Shown: positions 48,886 through 63,037, counted from the whole stretch's first letter. The stretch: 63,143 nucleotides of DNA, filler included, from Nemertoderma westbladi (GCA_032718475.1; 3 parts of 3 records of this genome joined end to end with filler, not necessarily neighbours in it), one strand, 5' to 3'. Notes: generated from the sequence alone by a model not told the origin. Numbers and translations: made by a program.

Positions 48886-49593
48886 ATGACTCGATGGCAA
48901 GACGTAGGTGACGATATTCTGGATTCTCTCGAAATCCTTAAAAACAAATTGAAATCCCTCAGTGGTATCAAAGACGACGTCGCGGCAATAAAAGATACTC
49001 TAAAGATTATCCCCAGCATGATAAAAAACATTGATCATCTAGTCAAAGAAAACAAGCAGCTAAAAGCAGAAAACGAAGAGTTGGCCCAGTACTCTCGCCG
49101 TCACGATATCTTAATTCATGCTGTACCAGAAAACACCAACCCAGATGAAGAACGTTCCGTTGTCTTTGATATTACAAATAAACTCGGAATTCTTCCTTCT
49201 ATGATCGATGTGTTCCACAGGCTAGGCAAGAAAATCAAGGAAAGGGCTGCTGGAGACGGTAAAGTTAAATGTCGCCCTATTATAATACGCTTTCTAGGCC
49301 ACGCTTCTCGACTACAAGCTATCCGGAGTAAAAAATCGTTGCCAAATTCGTTATACGTAACGGAACATCTAATTCCATCCCGTGCTGAGCTGTACAACAA
49401 AGCGCGTGAGCTACAACGTAAACACGAAATACGAGCGGTATATTCATTCAATGGAGTTGTTATGATTCGCATTAAAGAAAATGATTTACCACTGCGCATT
49501 GCGAACCAATCCGACCTTGAGTCGTTGACTACCCTACCAACTAGGAAAACCATTGATCGTCGTAGCCCACCAATCCCAAACTCTTCTGGATAA
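48886..49593 (+). CDS. LINE ORF1-like protein (coiled coil + RRM-like domain; L2/CR1-type)
   Basis: LAQYSRRHDILIHAVPE, HRLG, RPIIIRF, YVTEHL motifs. Confidence 0.8.
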   Translation: MTRWQDVGDDILDSLEILKNKLKSLSGIKDDVAAIKDTLKIIPSMIKNIDHLVKENKQLKAENEELAQYSRRHDILIHAVPENTNPDEERSVVFDITNKLGILPSMIDVFHRLGKKIKERAAGDGKVKCRPIIIRFLGHASRLQAIRSKKSLPNSLYVTEHLIPSRAELYNKARELQRKHEIRAVYSFNGVVMIRIKENDLPLRIANQSDLESLTTLPTRKTIDRRSPPIPNSSG

Positions 49594-50419
49594 TTGTAGC
49601 CTAACTCGACACTGAATGCAGTGTTGAGCGATGTCATGTACTACCCACTTGTACTGTTGCAGCTTCATTTCACCTATTGGTCGTGGGCTATTACTGTACT
49701 ATTGGCTCTGTTAGCCTTTAATTTGTTGTTATTCTATGTAAGCGTACCGGTATCGTAGGTTAAAATTTTTTTTTGAAGGGATAATAATTGAACTTATATA
49801 TGTTTCAACCATAGATCCATTTGGACTATTTAACAGAAAGATAATAATCGCCACAAATGAAAAACACTAGCCCTACCTCTAAGTTCTGAACGGACCAATC
49901 TTTACTTTATTTTATTTTCTTTCTGATGAAAACCTTTATTACGAATAAAGTCAAATTTAAATTAATACCGTTTTTGATTATCCCATTCACATATATATAT
50001 ATATATATTACTGTTAGTTCTAAAATATTTCTTATAATTAATTGATATATTATGTCATGTCAGTCAGGTGTATACGTCATGATTTATAGTGGTTAATATT
50101 ACTACTAACATCATTCGCTTATCATTTCATGTCATCTCACCCGCTTTACTAAACGCCCCATGCATGAACCTTCTACCCCTTCATGCGCGCTCTGCTTCTC
50201 TTAATTTATCTCCTCGGACTACTACTTTAAATGTAATATTTGCGGCCATTCATATCATGCACAATGTGGATCTTACCAATCCAGATGAGATAGAAGCCAC
50301 CCCAATGTCCTATGTCTACTGTATATTCTGTAATTTCGATATATTTCCGTTTTCCGTTGTAGACAATAATGACAGCGACATTTTTCACTATTTTTCTCCT
50401 GAAATAAATGATGACACAG

Positions 50420-50519
50420 NNNNNNNNNNNNNNNNNNNNNNNNNNNNNNNNNNNNNNNNNNNNTTAATTAATTAANNNNNNNNNNNNNNNNNNNNNNNNN
50501 NNNNNNNNNNNNNNNNNNN
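50420..50519. other. Assembly gap with artificial linker
   Basis: 100-nt N run containing TTAATTAATTAA. Confidence 0.95.
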
Positions 50520-50939
50520 GAAGGTCTATAAAAGCGCGTACAGTAATAGTTACGTATTTTCAACCTTGGGAGATAGTGTAGTACCCCCACTGCATTACTG
50601 TTAATTTCCAAGAGAGAGGAGCCTTCGATTTTGCTGCGGTGTTTTGTTTTTTTACGTTTACTGATATCATCACTTTATGTAACACGGCTTGACGCCTTTG
50701 ATTATGGTCATAAACTTAATTATTTGAGTTAATTAACTTTATTAATCACTTATTTAAGTGATTTTAAGTGAGGTTTTAAAACAGATTAATTAACCTCTTA
50801 ACAGAGGTTCAGTGATAGGGACGGCTATTCCTGTGTCAGCCGGAATTGCACCAATACCAACCATATGTATTGTTGTTGATCCTCTAGACCTTCTATGTAA
50901 AAAACAACGTATTGCCTAATAATTTTATGGAAGAAAAGT

Positions 50940-52975
50940 GTCTGAGTCTGTACTCCCAGATATTCTCATTGGCGATTGCTCCTTTGCAGAAGTGAAGGCT
51001 GCTGCAAAGAGCATTAAGACCAATCGTGCCAGTGGAGTAGATGGTGTTCCCCCTGAGGTCTTTAAAATAGCTGAGTGTTTAAAGCTCATCTATCCCATCA
51101 TAGTAGATATGTAAGTACATAACGACGAGAGTCTACTGCTACTGTCTAGACGAGACTACTGCTACTACAGTACTATAATCGGCCTGCTGCATTGAAAGTG
51201 CACATTGAGATGCTACGCAGCCTAACAAAAATATTTTGTCACCACCGTGCAATCCACAATTGGCAAGCCCAATGCATCGTTCATTAAGAATTATATGCCG
51301 GCTTATCAACAAAATTGCACCGCCACAACTCCCTATCACCCATGACTTTCGCGAGATTATCCGCATCTTCAAGGTCAGTGCCCTTTAAGAGGCGTCTCAC
51401 GAAAGTCATGGGCTGTCCACCATGCTTATTTTCTCCATGGGTCTGCCAAAGCACAAGATTATTCACTGGCAGGTGATGGGCTGTCCACCATGCTTATTTT
51501 CTCCATGGGTCTGCCAAAGCACAAGATTATGCACTGGCAGGGGTTTTGGGTTATGTGCTATACTATATTAATATTTGGTCACAACAGCAGTAGAGTAAAT
51601 TAATATTGTGTGTGCATTACCAATAAACTCTAAGTAAGCAAATTACATCCCACTTCCTACAATGGGATAATTCAGCTGGGATTATATTATAATGATAAGT
51701 TAAATGGTGGTGGTTGAAAAGGTTAATATATAACATAAACTGGGGTAATTTTATGGTTATTCATTATGTCCAGTTCCAGTTGTAACTTAAATTTAAAGAT
51801 TAAAATTATATTGACAGTATGCATTAAAAGTTTATACTTTTATTATTTTGTACCTGCGGATAATTACCGCAAATATATCAGCAGGTCCTCACGGCGAAAG
51901 CAATCTTCTGCAAAGCGGGGGCGGCTTTATTCTAGTGTCAAGCTTGGGGAACCAATGATACACCTCCAGTGTTATATAGTATCTGGTTGGATATGTGTGC
52001 ATTGTACATACTTGACACAGTGAACTCAGCGTAGCATTCTTGTGTATGTGCCATCCAGAGATTTGGTGTCCTCAGCAGTTAGAGCCCAGCATGGACTCCC
52101 ATAGAGGAGTACTGGAACTACTGCTGCTCTAAATAATCGAACCTTAAGTTTCCGATTAATTCTCGGTGACTTCCAAATCCTGGAAAGCCTATTCAAGGTT
52201 GCCCATGCCTTTCCCTTACGTATTCGAAGGTCCTCACCTGACTTCCGGATCCATGATCCCAGGTAACATAAGTCGTCCACATGCTCAAGCATACCATCCT
52301 TTGAGCTTATGCTCATCCGGTCAGAGACTTGCTGAGGACTTTCAAAGTTAACTGTCAAAAGTTTGGACTTTTTGTAGTTAATAAAAAGACCAACACTAGA
52401 AGTAGCATGTTCTAATGAGCTGAGGAGCCGTTGGGCTCCCTCTAGTGATTCTGAGAGTACTCCTAAGTCATCAGCAATGTCTAGATCAGTTAGGTACTTG
52501 GCAGGATTTCCTCGGCTTCTGGAGCCAGTAGGTGGAGTTACCATCACATCATCATCATTATGATGATCTAAGGACATGCGTAGAACATAGTCAACCACAA
52601 TTATGAACAAGAATGGTGCAAGTGTGTCTCCCTGGGGGACGCCCCATGACACTTCAAATGGTTCTGTGTCACCATCAACAGTAGACACAAATGTTGTCGA
52701 ACCATCGTATACTGATCTGATTGCTGCAATAATTTCATCAGGAATCCCATATAATGAAAGTATGCTGAACATACGTGAGCGAGAGACTGAATCAAAGGCC
52801 TTGAAGAAATCAACAAAGATAACAGCCAGATGCTATCTGATAGATAGAATACTACTACATCAGTATTCGAGAGTTCGACAACATTTGTGTCTACTGTTGA
52901 TGGTCACACAGAACCATTCGAAGTGTTATGAGGCGTCCTCCAGGGAGACACACTTGCACCATTCTTATTCATTTT
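50940..52975 (-). mobile_element. Fragmented RTE-clade LINE pieces (RT 52026-52816 and 3' end 51139-51540 on minus; plus-strand fragments at 50940-51110 and 52870-52975)
   Basis: DFFKAFDS, GVPQGDTLAP, IADD, YLGSWI motifs and a (TAG)-type tail. Confidence 0.8.
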
Positions 52976-53439
52976 AAGTGTTTTCAAGCCAGCATAGCAT
53001 TTTATGTGCAGCTTCATGTTAATCATAATAAACTATAAGAAAGTTCGAGATGTCAGTTATATTCGATGAAAAAATTCTGGGTTGGAGCAAGTTAAATATT
53101 ATTATTAGTATGTTCATCAAATCTCAAATATATTTCGGTAGCTCAGCGCTATCATTATCAATAAATTACTTACAAATTCTAATATAAATTGCAGAAATTG
53201 ACTACCGTAACGTACTGTTGAAAATTGCACAAAAAAACAGAATAAATCGTTACTAATGACCCCGATTTTAAAGAATATGCGGGCATAAGTACGGAGACAT
53301 TTAGAACTTTACTTAACCTTGTTCTAGAACAAACGGCGTTTCAGTACAATAATTATGAGCACGAATAAATGACACAGTAACTGGTAATATGAATAGTAAC
53401 TGAAAACACAGGGCTGCAAAAAAAACTGTACTGCAAAAG

Positions 53440-56400
53440 TCAGACATACCGGTACCGGTATATGTAATTCATCATCACACTGCACTGCCAGACTGTCTTC
53501 TGTGAATCCCCTGCTGCCTTTGCCGGCAATGGTGGGCAACTACGGCCGCGCATTTTGTGGCCATGTGAAAAACAATGTCCTCGCCTACGTGTGGGCTTCT
53601 CATATCAAAGGTTTTACAAGGGACTGTATAGTTTCTACCGTCCAGCCATGGCCTAAATTCAATGACTCTCTGCATTGCGTGAAGCAAAGCAAACTCTCCT
53701 GGCTTTACTGCCCGACTCCGATAGAGACAAACATAAACAGAATTTTTGGAAGTCTCGCAATAGCGGCGACTCGCTGCGACGCAACCTAATTATCGATATC
53801 CTCGAGGTTTTCGAGTACCAAGGGTTTATCGATATCCGCGATGAAGAATCCGGTTTTCCTGAGTTCATCCCGACTGATCTCACTACTCTTCCACCGTTCT
53901 CGCTGTGTCAGGAGGATGTAGCTCTTCTACTTAAAACGGTTAGTGCTCTGCAAGACCGTTTGGCTGTGGTCGAGTTTACCTGTTCAACACTAGCGTCTAG
54001 GCTGGATACCGTGAGCCATTCGTGGTCCCTAGCCGCGAGTCTGTCATGCGGCCTACCGGTACCGGTAGGCCGCACCTGGCGGCTGAAGCGACATCGTCAA
54101 ACCAGGCGGAGGTGGTGGTTGTCTCCTCCAATGTTTCCAATAATTCCAACCGCTCTGTCCCTGTAGCGGCCGATACTGTGGTAGTCCTCCGCCGGACGAA
54201 GTACCGGTACGTACTTGGTCCGACGTAGCGAAGAGCCCACCGGCGGCTAATCGTATTCCGGCACAGCAGGGGTCAACTACTACGTATTCTGCAATCGGTC
54301 GTAAGGGTAAAGTCGCTAAAGAGAAAGCGATCAACCATACGCCAGCACGCGGTTCCGGTGATCACCAGAAATGACTTCTGCGGCGTCCGCAGCATACCAA
54401 AATGGTGAAGGGGGCTTCTAAGGCCTCTGAATCATTCCCTACGGTTCAGACTACTCGAAGGCTGTACCTAACTGGAGTGTCAGCTGAGGTCGGGCCTGAT
54501 GCGATTGTCGAATACATTAAGAAAACGGCGGATATCGTAATTGAGTGTGTACGTGCTCCTATGTCGAGTCGTACAAGGTCATCGTTTATCATTACGTGCG
54601 ACCAGGTTAATCGGGATGCGCTTATGAATGGGGATACCTGGCCTGTTAATGCTTTGATAAACCTCTACTATCCCCCGAAGTCTACAGGTACTCCGCTTCG
54701 TGGTAAGTCTACAGGTACTCCACTTCGTGGGGAACCCACAGGTACTCCTACTCCTCAGCGTGACGACAATACTCTTACTGGCAGTACTGTTATATGTAAT
54801 GCTACCGGTACTATATGTAATGTAAAACTACTAACACTATTGGTAATAAAGATACTGGTAATTCAAATAATATTGTATCTCCCGCACCAGGAGGTCGTAT
54901 CTCAAAGTAAGTATTTTTTATATTCTATATATTCTGTATATACTGTATATTTATATATGTATTTTTAGATTGATTACATCTTTTATATTGTTAACTAATA
55001 AATATTTGTTCAATGGCGAATTTGAAGGTAAACATAGCAAGCTTCAATTGTAATTCTGTTAGGTCCGCGAGGTCGCTAACAGTTATAAACGAATTATGCA
55101 AAACAAGCAATATTATTATTTTACAAGAACTGCAACTTCCTAAACAGGAATTATCATTTCTTTCCAATATTGACTCAACTAACTTCCTGGGTCGAGGATT
55201 TTCCAGTACCGACTACTCTGAAGGCATACTTCGTGGTAGGCCTGCAGGAGGTCTGGGGTTTTTATGGCATAAATAAATCTCCCACGCCGTGGAGGTAATT
55301 GATTTTAATCATGATCGTATAGCCGGTCTCTCAATTAAATTAGAAAACAGAGAGAAGCTATTAATTTTTAACGTATATTTTCCATATGATTGCCCAGACA
55401 ACCACGATGATTTTAGTGACTGTCTTGGTAAACTTGGTGGACTTTTAGAGACTGAACATTTTACTCAGTGTTGCATAGTTGGTGATTTTAATGTTGATCC
55501 ATCACGTGCAATTTATTCTGAATTTTTAACCTGGTGCAATGTTGTAGTGGCGGATGTTAATATGTTATCCAGTGACAGCTTCACTTACGTGAGTGATGCC
55601 CATGGTACTACATCGTGGCTTGACCACGTTGTATGTTCCCAATCGCATTTATGTTTAATAGACTCTATTAAAATTGAGTACAATCTTTCCGAACGCGATT
55701 ATATGCCCATCGTCATGCAATGGCGCGCAGCCGTTGTCCAAGCGACTGCGTGCTGCAATGACAGTAATTGTTCCAAAGTTTACACCACTCGCAATGACTG
55801 GGATAATAATATGAACGATATTAATGGTTATGCAGGCAGAGTAAATGAGTTACTTGGTGCTGTTATTAATAATAATAATCTATTTAACTGTAACGAGCCG
55901 TCCTGCCAGTCTCATCAGTCGGACATTGATGATCTTTATCAGCAAATTGTTAAAGTTCTTCTTCAATCCAGTGAAACATTTATTAAACAAAATAATAAAA
56001 ATGATTCATCCCATGGGCACAAACACATTCCTGGTTGGAATGACCATGTGAAAGATAAATATAATCAATCTAGGTCAGCCTTTACCCTGTGGCGCAACTG
56101 TGGGGCCCCTCGGCAGGGACCTATTTTTGATGAGTACGCATGTTGCAAAGCTCGCTTTAAACTTGCTCTGCGACAATGCAAGAAAAACGAATCTATTATT
56201 CGGAATGAAAAAATTGCTGAAAGTTTCATTTCTGACTCTTCAACCAAAGACTTTTGGTCTCAAATCCGTAGCCACAAGGACACGTTCGTGGGGACTTCGC
56301 GCAGCACGTAGTCGGCAAGCCTTGGCATACGGTTCATATAGAGCAAATGGGGCATGTCTAGTTTGGACCCAATATCCCATGCTATAAATGTATTCATTCG

Positions 56401-58320
56401 ATATACAATCATATGTTAATCCGCTAGGTGGTGTCAAATTGTTATTCTGCAATTTCGTACTTACCAGTGCAGCACTGTACAGCAGTACCGTACCGGTAGG
56501 CCTATGTCATTACTTCTGAGTCTCTAGCGGATCCCCAATTAAATGTCTTAACTTTTCAATTTCGTAAAAGATAGACTTCATGATTCTCTACAGGCCACCA
56601 AAATTTCAGCTCAGGAAAATGAGGCCTTCTCGAGAAATTTAACATTTTCTAAAAACCACATAATCTGTCGTAGCTGACGTCAGACTGCATGATTTTTCAC
56701 CAAACTTTACAAACTTTCTAAACTTTCTCTCTACTACTTACCTACTAAGTTTGGTTCAATTCCGAATGAGCGATGCCGAGAAATTCGCGTTCAAACATTT
56801 ACCAGACAGACGGACGGACAGACAGACAGACAGACGGACATGCCCCATTTGCCCTATATGAACCGTATGCCAAGGCTCGCCGACTACGTGTCTCGCCCCA
56901 CACTAAAACGCCCCTTCCTAATAAGGTAGGCGGTTGCTGTGGCTCTACTGATATTAGCAATATGTGGATGAATCATTTCAAAGAGTTATATAACTGTGTG
57001 GCTGATGATAACGGCAGTGCATCAGTTGATAGCCGTTTAGGTGACATTTCTAAGTTTGGTTTCTCTTCGGTATCTTTTAAGGAAGTTGTTGATGCTATTA
57101 ACAGCCTTCCTACTGGTAAGGCCACTGGCCCTGATGGACTGTCTGCTGAACATTTCTTATATGGCTTCGGCTATAATCTAGTATGTGCAATCTGCATTTT
57201 AGTTAATGCCGTATTCATTCACAGTTATTTGCCGTCAGCAATGATGGAGTCAACTCTTATACCATTAGTTAAGGACAGAACCGGTGACCTTACCAGTAAG
57301 GATAATTATCGGGGCATTGCCCTTTCGACTATATTCAGCAAGCTTGTTGAAAAGGTTATTTTGGTTCGATGCATAGAGTGTCTTGCCACCGCGAATAATC
57401 AATGCGGCCTTAAACCAAAGTCAGGTACCGAAATGTGTCTGTACACATTAAAGGAGATTGTAAATTATTATCTGGCCCACAACTCGTGTGTCTATGTCTG
57501 TATGCTCGATGCCTCCAAGGCATTCGACCGCGTTAACCATTATAACCTTTTCAACAAACTACTTAACCGTGGTGTACCTGTTTATATAGTTTGTCTGATT
57601 AAGTTCTGGTACCGCACTCAATTACTGCAGGTATGCTGGGACGGTGTGGTCTCTACCTCATTCCATGTAACCAATGGCACTGGACAGGGGAGAATTCTTT
57701 CTCCGATATTCTATAATATCTACGTCGATGACCTCAGTATTATCTTTAATGCAAGCGGGGTAGGCTGTATGATTGGATCCACTAGAATAAACCATTTACT
57801 GTATGCAGACGATCTGTATAACTCCATTATTTTTAGTGTGAAGAAAACGAAATGTGTGTACTTCATTCCGAAATCATTCTCTCTAACGAGTTGCACTAAA
57901 ATTACATTATATGGAGAATATATTCCTATAGTGGATTCTTTCAACTATCTCGGACATATTATTACTTGGCGATGAACCGACCAGTATCTCACTCTCATTC
58001 GGCACATTAAATCTGCCAATGCTGTGTCATATTCACAGCAGATCTGTACGTACACAGCCTTTTTAAACGGGTCAGTGAATCTCAGAATGATTTGGTGCGA
58101 ACCATTTACTCTGCTTGCAGACCATTCTCACGGTTTTTCGTTTCGTGAAACCGTCACTTTTAAGACTTATTATTATTTTTTAGTATTTTCATATGAATGT
58201 GTATATTTTGTGCTGTACGTAGGCCTACTGCATACTGTAATGTAGTAGGTATTTGTTATGTTGTTCTGTAGCTATGTGCCTCCTGGTGCGGAATAAAGAG
58301 TAAATAAATAAATAAATAAT
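53440..58320 (+). mobile_element. Near full-length decayed CR1/L2-type LINE (ORF1 ~53540-54700, EN from 55013, RT to 57975, (TAAA)n tail)
   Basis: ILQE, GRPAGG, GDFN, WLDH, NYRGIAL, LDASKAFD, YADD. Contains stops and frameshifts. AATAAA and (TAAA)4 at ~58290-58320. Confidence 0.88.
56280..56902 (-). mobile_element. TGT-ended HINE-like element inserted in LINE ORF2
   Basis: Family termini, ~55-bp subterminal inverted repeat and GACA microsatellite. Its removal rejoins the ORF2 frame. Confidence 0.88.
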
Positions 58321-58444
58321 TATTTTTACCGACAGTGTAAAGGACTCCCAATGGGTAACCCAGTTTCCCCTGTACTCAGTTGCTTATTTATGTATAGACT
58401 TGAACATTTGGCTAGGGAAAGGGGTTTTCTGCCACACATATGGT

Positions 58445-60048
58445 ACACGTTCGTGGGGCCTTCGCGCAGCACGAGGCCCAGTTATTAGATACAAATTAAA
58501 ATTGAGCGACTGTATCACAAAATCAGGTTTTGAGAAATTTACCCACACCACCAATCAATCAAAGAAAGGGGGACTGTACGTGTTCACCCCCTTTAATCCC
58601 CCCCCCCCCCCCCCCCCAACCTTCCCAACCACCAATACATAACCGGGACATCTACCACCCACGGAAGGGTAGCACGAACTTATTTCCAATCGCACGTTAA
58701 ATATGCAAAGCCAGGTGGTTTATAGGAATATAATAAACGCAGTACTCGTTTTCATTATAAGCCTCTTTGCGTTCGTCCTGTTTTGTATTTAAATATATTT
58801 CTTAAACGCAGGCTGACGATATTTATAATAATAATAACTAGGGATGCGATCAATATGTGAAGCCAGGTGGTTTATATAATAATTTAGTCAACGAGGTACT
58901 CGTCTTCATTATATGCCTCGTTGCGCTCGTCGCTTGTCCTGTTTTGTCATAAAATATTTTTCCTAAACGCAGACTGACGATCTTTATACAGTTATAACTA
59001 TGCGAAGTTTCGAAACTGTGCGATACATCTATGTTGAGATGTGTGATATGTGGAGATGTGTGATACAACGCCAACGCATCTTATGCCGATGTAGTAATAA
59101 TATTATATAATTGAAATAATATTAAATCAATGTACACTCTTAAAGCTGCAGCGAAAAAATGTAGCTAATTTCCTAGGTTACATATAAAATAATAATATTA
59201 TTTTTAAGAACATTAATTTTACTACTTTGCAAAAATTCAATTAAAAAATAACCAGACATATACATTGTGGAATAAACTATTTCAGATAAGCCTACACAAC
59301 AGCCATGCCATGGATGGTATTTATGTTATTATATCTGTCATTTACCTGAGATAGCAATACAACACTTATAGTAGAGTCAATACAGGAAGGATGTTGGGAT
59401 GTTGGAATGCTGCCTGGGCTGGAATAGCAATACTGGTTGCCTATTACAATTTCTCTCTGGTTAGTCTACAGCCACAACTCCAAGCTAGCTCCACACCAGC
59501 AGAGACATGACCAATAATCATTCCCAGCAACTAGCTGCTGCCTTACACACACATCCTTCCATCTTACCAGCATGTTAGCCAATAAATGAGCAGTATTTAA
59601 TGAGAATCAATTTTTTATGACGTTTTAATTACTTTAGATCAATTAAAGACACAATTAATAAAGCAAATCACTTGAACTAATTAAAAACTATAATAGAATG
59701 GGGTATGTGGATTACATCTGTATAATTTTTAATTATAATTATTTAAATCTTATACTGTAAAACAATTAATTTCCTTTAAAAGGCAGGTTGAAAATGGTGT
59801 TTTTACCGTAATAACTTAATTAACTAATTAACTGCTATTATCTTAGCTTCTCGAAGGCCACACGGAAATTCTACTTGGAAAATTTCTAAACTTTTGCCAA
59901 ACAACATGTGTACCAAGTTTGGATAGATTTCATCAAAGATTGGCTGAGTTATTAACGTTTAAAATTGGACGCGACAGAACGACAGAACGACAGGTTGATT
60001 AATGGTACCACTACGCTAAGGCTCACTCACTTCGTGGCTCGCCCCACA
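58445..60048 (-). mobile_element. TGT-ended HINE-like element (possibly with nested repeats)
   Basis: ACACGTTCGTGGGGCCTTCGCGCAGCACG at the left and CTTCGTGGCTCGCCCCACA at the right. Confidence 0.75.
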
Positions 60049-60686
60049 GGTATGTGGACGATGTTTGGTGTCTGACCAACAAGAACAATATTGATAATTT
60101 ACTTAAATGTATGAATAGTTTACACCAGGACATATCTTTCACTGTAGAGCAACAAGACACCCACGGTAACTTGCCCTTCTTAGATGTTTTAGTCTCAATT
60201 TCGAATGGTTCAATTAAAACTACAGTATACCAAAAACCAACCCATTCTAACCGCTACCTAAACTTTTCGTCCAATCACCATCCAAGAATAAAACAAGGAA
60301 TTTGCTCCGCACTATTTTTCAGGTCAAACAGATTATGTTCAACCACAGTGGCTAGAGACCAAATTCAAAAAGACCTAAATGAAACCTTCCAGAATAATGG
60401 CTATCCCACTAGGGTTATTTATAACACTAAACGCCGAATTAATGCGCGCTTTAGTAACCCTAACCCTAAACAAACCCCGAAGGACAAATTAGAATTTAGA
60501 ATAGGTCTACCATACATTACTGGGTTAACAGAAAACTTAGAAAGAATATGTGCATGTTATGGGGTGGATACATACTTTATGTCAGGGCGGAAGCTCCATT
60601 CCTATTCATTGAAGGGACATAAACCAAAGTCCGTCCCAAGGGGGGTGGTCTATGCGATCCCATGTACATGTGGTAGGTTATATTGA
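60048..60686 (+). pseudogene. Penelope-like element fragment (RT C-terminus to start of GIY-YIG)
   Basis: RYVDD, LPFLDV, VYQKPTHSNRYLNFSSNHH, GVVYAIPCTCGRLY. Confidence 0.9.
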
Positions 60687-62376
60687 AAAATATCGAGACA
60701 TGAAAAATATCGAGAGTAAAAATAACGCGAGTAAAAACATCGAGTGTTGAAAAATAACGATAATATCGAGAGTTCAAAAAATATCGAGAGTAAAAATATC
60801 GAGGGTAAAAATATCGAGAGTAAAAATACCGAGTGTTGAAAAATATCGAGAGTAAAAATATCGAGAGTAAAAATATCGAGTGTTGAAAAATATCGAGAGT
60901 AAAAATATCGAGTGTTGAAAAATATCGAGAGTAAAAATATCGAGTGTTGAAAAATATCGAGAGTAAAAATATCGAGTGTTGAAAAATATCGAGAGTAAAA
61001 ATATCGAGTGTTGAAAAATATCGAGAGTAAAAATATCGAGTGTTGAAAAATATCGAGAGTAAAAATATCGAGTGTTGAAAAATATCGAGAGTAAAAATAT
61101 CGAGTGTTGAAAAATATCGAGAGTAAAAATATCGAGTGTTGAAAAATATCGAGAGTAAAAATATCGAGTGTTGAAAAATATCGAGTGTTGAAAAATATCG
61201 AGTGTTGAAAAATATCGAGTGTTGAAAAATATCGAGTGTTAAAAATATCGAGTGTTGAAAAATATCGAGTGTTGAAAAATATCGAGTGTTGAAAAATAGC
61301 GAGTGTTGAAAAATATCGAGAGTAAAAATATCGAGTGTTGAAAAAGATAGAATGTTGAAAAATATCGAGAGTAAAAATATCGATAGTAACAATTTTTTTA
61401 AATAAGGGTTGTATGATAATTTTTTACTAAAAATGTTCTAGAACAACAATATTTATCAACATTTGGTAGCTTATAAGGTACGTGTTCTAATATAATATTA
61501 AACAATATTTATAATATTTATCAAAATTTATAGCTAGCACTTCTTTTATAATATTTATTAAAAAAATAGCAAAAACTAGCTAGTATAATAAATCTGGTAA
61601 ATGGGTACCCAAGGTGTATTACATAATGCCATTCACTTGCACTGTTGTAACCCATGCACTGCAATATTGTTCCATAATTCTAAATAAAATGCTCAAGTAA
61701 AATGCAATATTTTTACTCTCGATATTTTTCAACACTCGATATTTTTCAACACTCAATATTTTTCAACACTCGATATTTTTCAACACTCGATATTTTTACT
61801 CTCGATATTTTTACTCTCGATATTTTTCAACACTCGATATTTTTCAACACTCGTTATTTTTACTCTCGATATTTTTACTCTCGATATTTTTCAACACTCG
61901 ATATTTTTCAACACTCGATATTTTTACTCTCGATATTTTTACTCTCGATATTTTTCAACACTCGATATTTTTACTCTCGATATTTTTACTCTCGATATTT
62001 TTCAACACTCGATATTTTTCAACACTCGATATTTTTACTCTCGATATTTTTCAACACTCGATATTTTTCAACACGCGATATTTTTACTCTCGATATTTTT
62101 CAACACTCGATATTTTTACTCTCGATATTTTTCAACACTCGATATTTTTACTCTCGATATTTTTCAACACTCGATATTTTTACTCTCGATATTTTCCAAC
62201 ACTCGATATTTTTCAACACTCGTTATTTTCGATATTTTTCATCTCGTGTTATTTTTACTCTCGATATTTTTTAATCACGTTAATTTTCAACACTCGTTAT
62301 TTTTACTCTCGATATTTTTACTCTCGTTATTTTTACTCTCGATATTATTCAAGTCTCGATATTTTTCACCATTACC
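60680..62376. mobile_element. Foldback-like element: two inverted ~680-bp arms of 15/17-bp AAAAATATCGAG repeats around a ~320-bp spacer
   Basis: 60684-61385 is mirrored by 61706-62368. Confidence 0.85.
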
Positions 62377-62380
62377 ATGT

Positions 62381-63037
62381 TGTTCGCGCTTTTGAAGACC
62401 TTTAGCAGTTTAACCTGCCAAAATTTATATGTCTTTTAGTTAATTAAAACAACTTTAGCATACGACAATATTTTATGCTAATACACAAACATTACCCGAA
62501 GTCAGCCCATGCGCGATCATTCACCCGATGGATCTACACCCGGGAGGCTGAATTCGGCTGCTTAAATTTTATTATTGCAGCGTAAGGTTGCAAGGTTGCA
62601 GTGTAAACTTACTGTATTATTCGATAGATCGTTAATAATTAATTCCTGACAGATATTATTGGCTTTCGGGAAATATTAACAGTTCCTTTAGGACGTGGCG
62701 CTCTATCTATTTAAACAGAACTAGGACTTATACTAAACGCAACGATACTGCTTATGATTAAAGTATAAAGCGTATTCTTTAGGAAATACTTTGTTACCAA
62801 TCACAATCATGCACACTATTCTGCCGACCGTCAGTATATTTGATCACACATAAAGAGAGCAGTAATTGACTCATGTAGGGTCTGCTAAATAACATTAGAT
62901 TCAATACACACCACATTAATATAAATCGCAATTGTTATATATAGCCCGCCTCTCTAACCTGTAGTGTATCAAGAAAATTGGGAAATTTGGGTGATTTATC
63001 CGTATTATCCAAAGAGCAATATTTCCATCAACAAATA
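62381..63037 (-). ncRNA. Putative large structured RNA, copy 2 (probably the leader of a related retroelement)
   Basis: Diverged homolog of 31886-32525 with covarying stems. Confidence 0.65.

Noticed and set aside
60577-62274. 271-aa and 190-aa low-complexity ORFs
   Set aside because: Translations of the foldback repeat arms.
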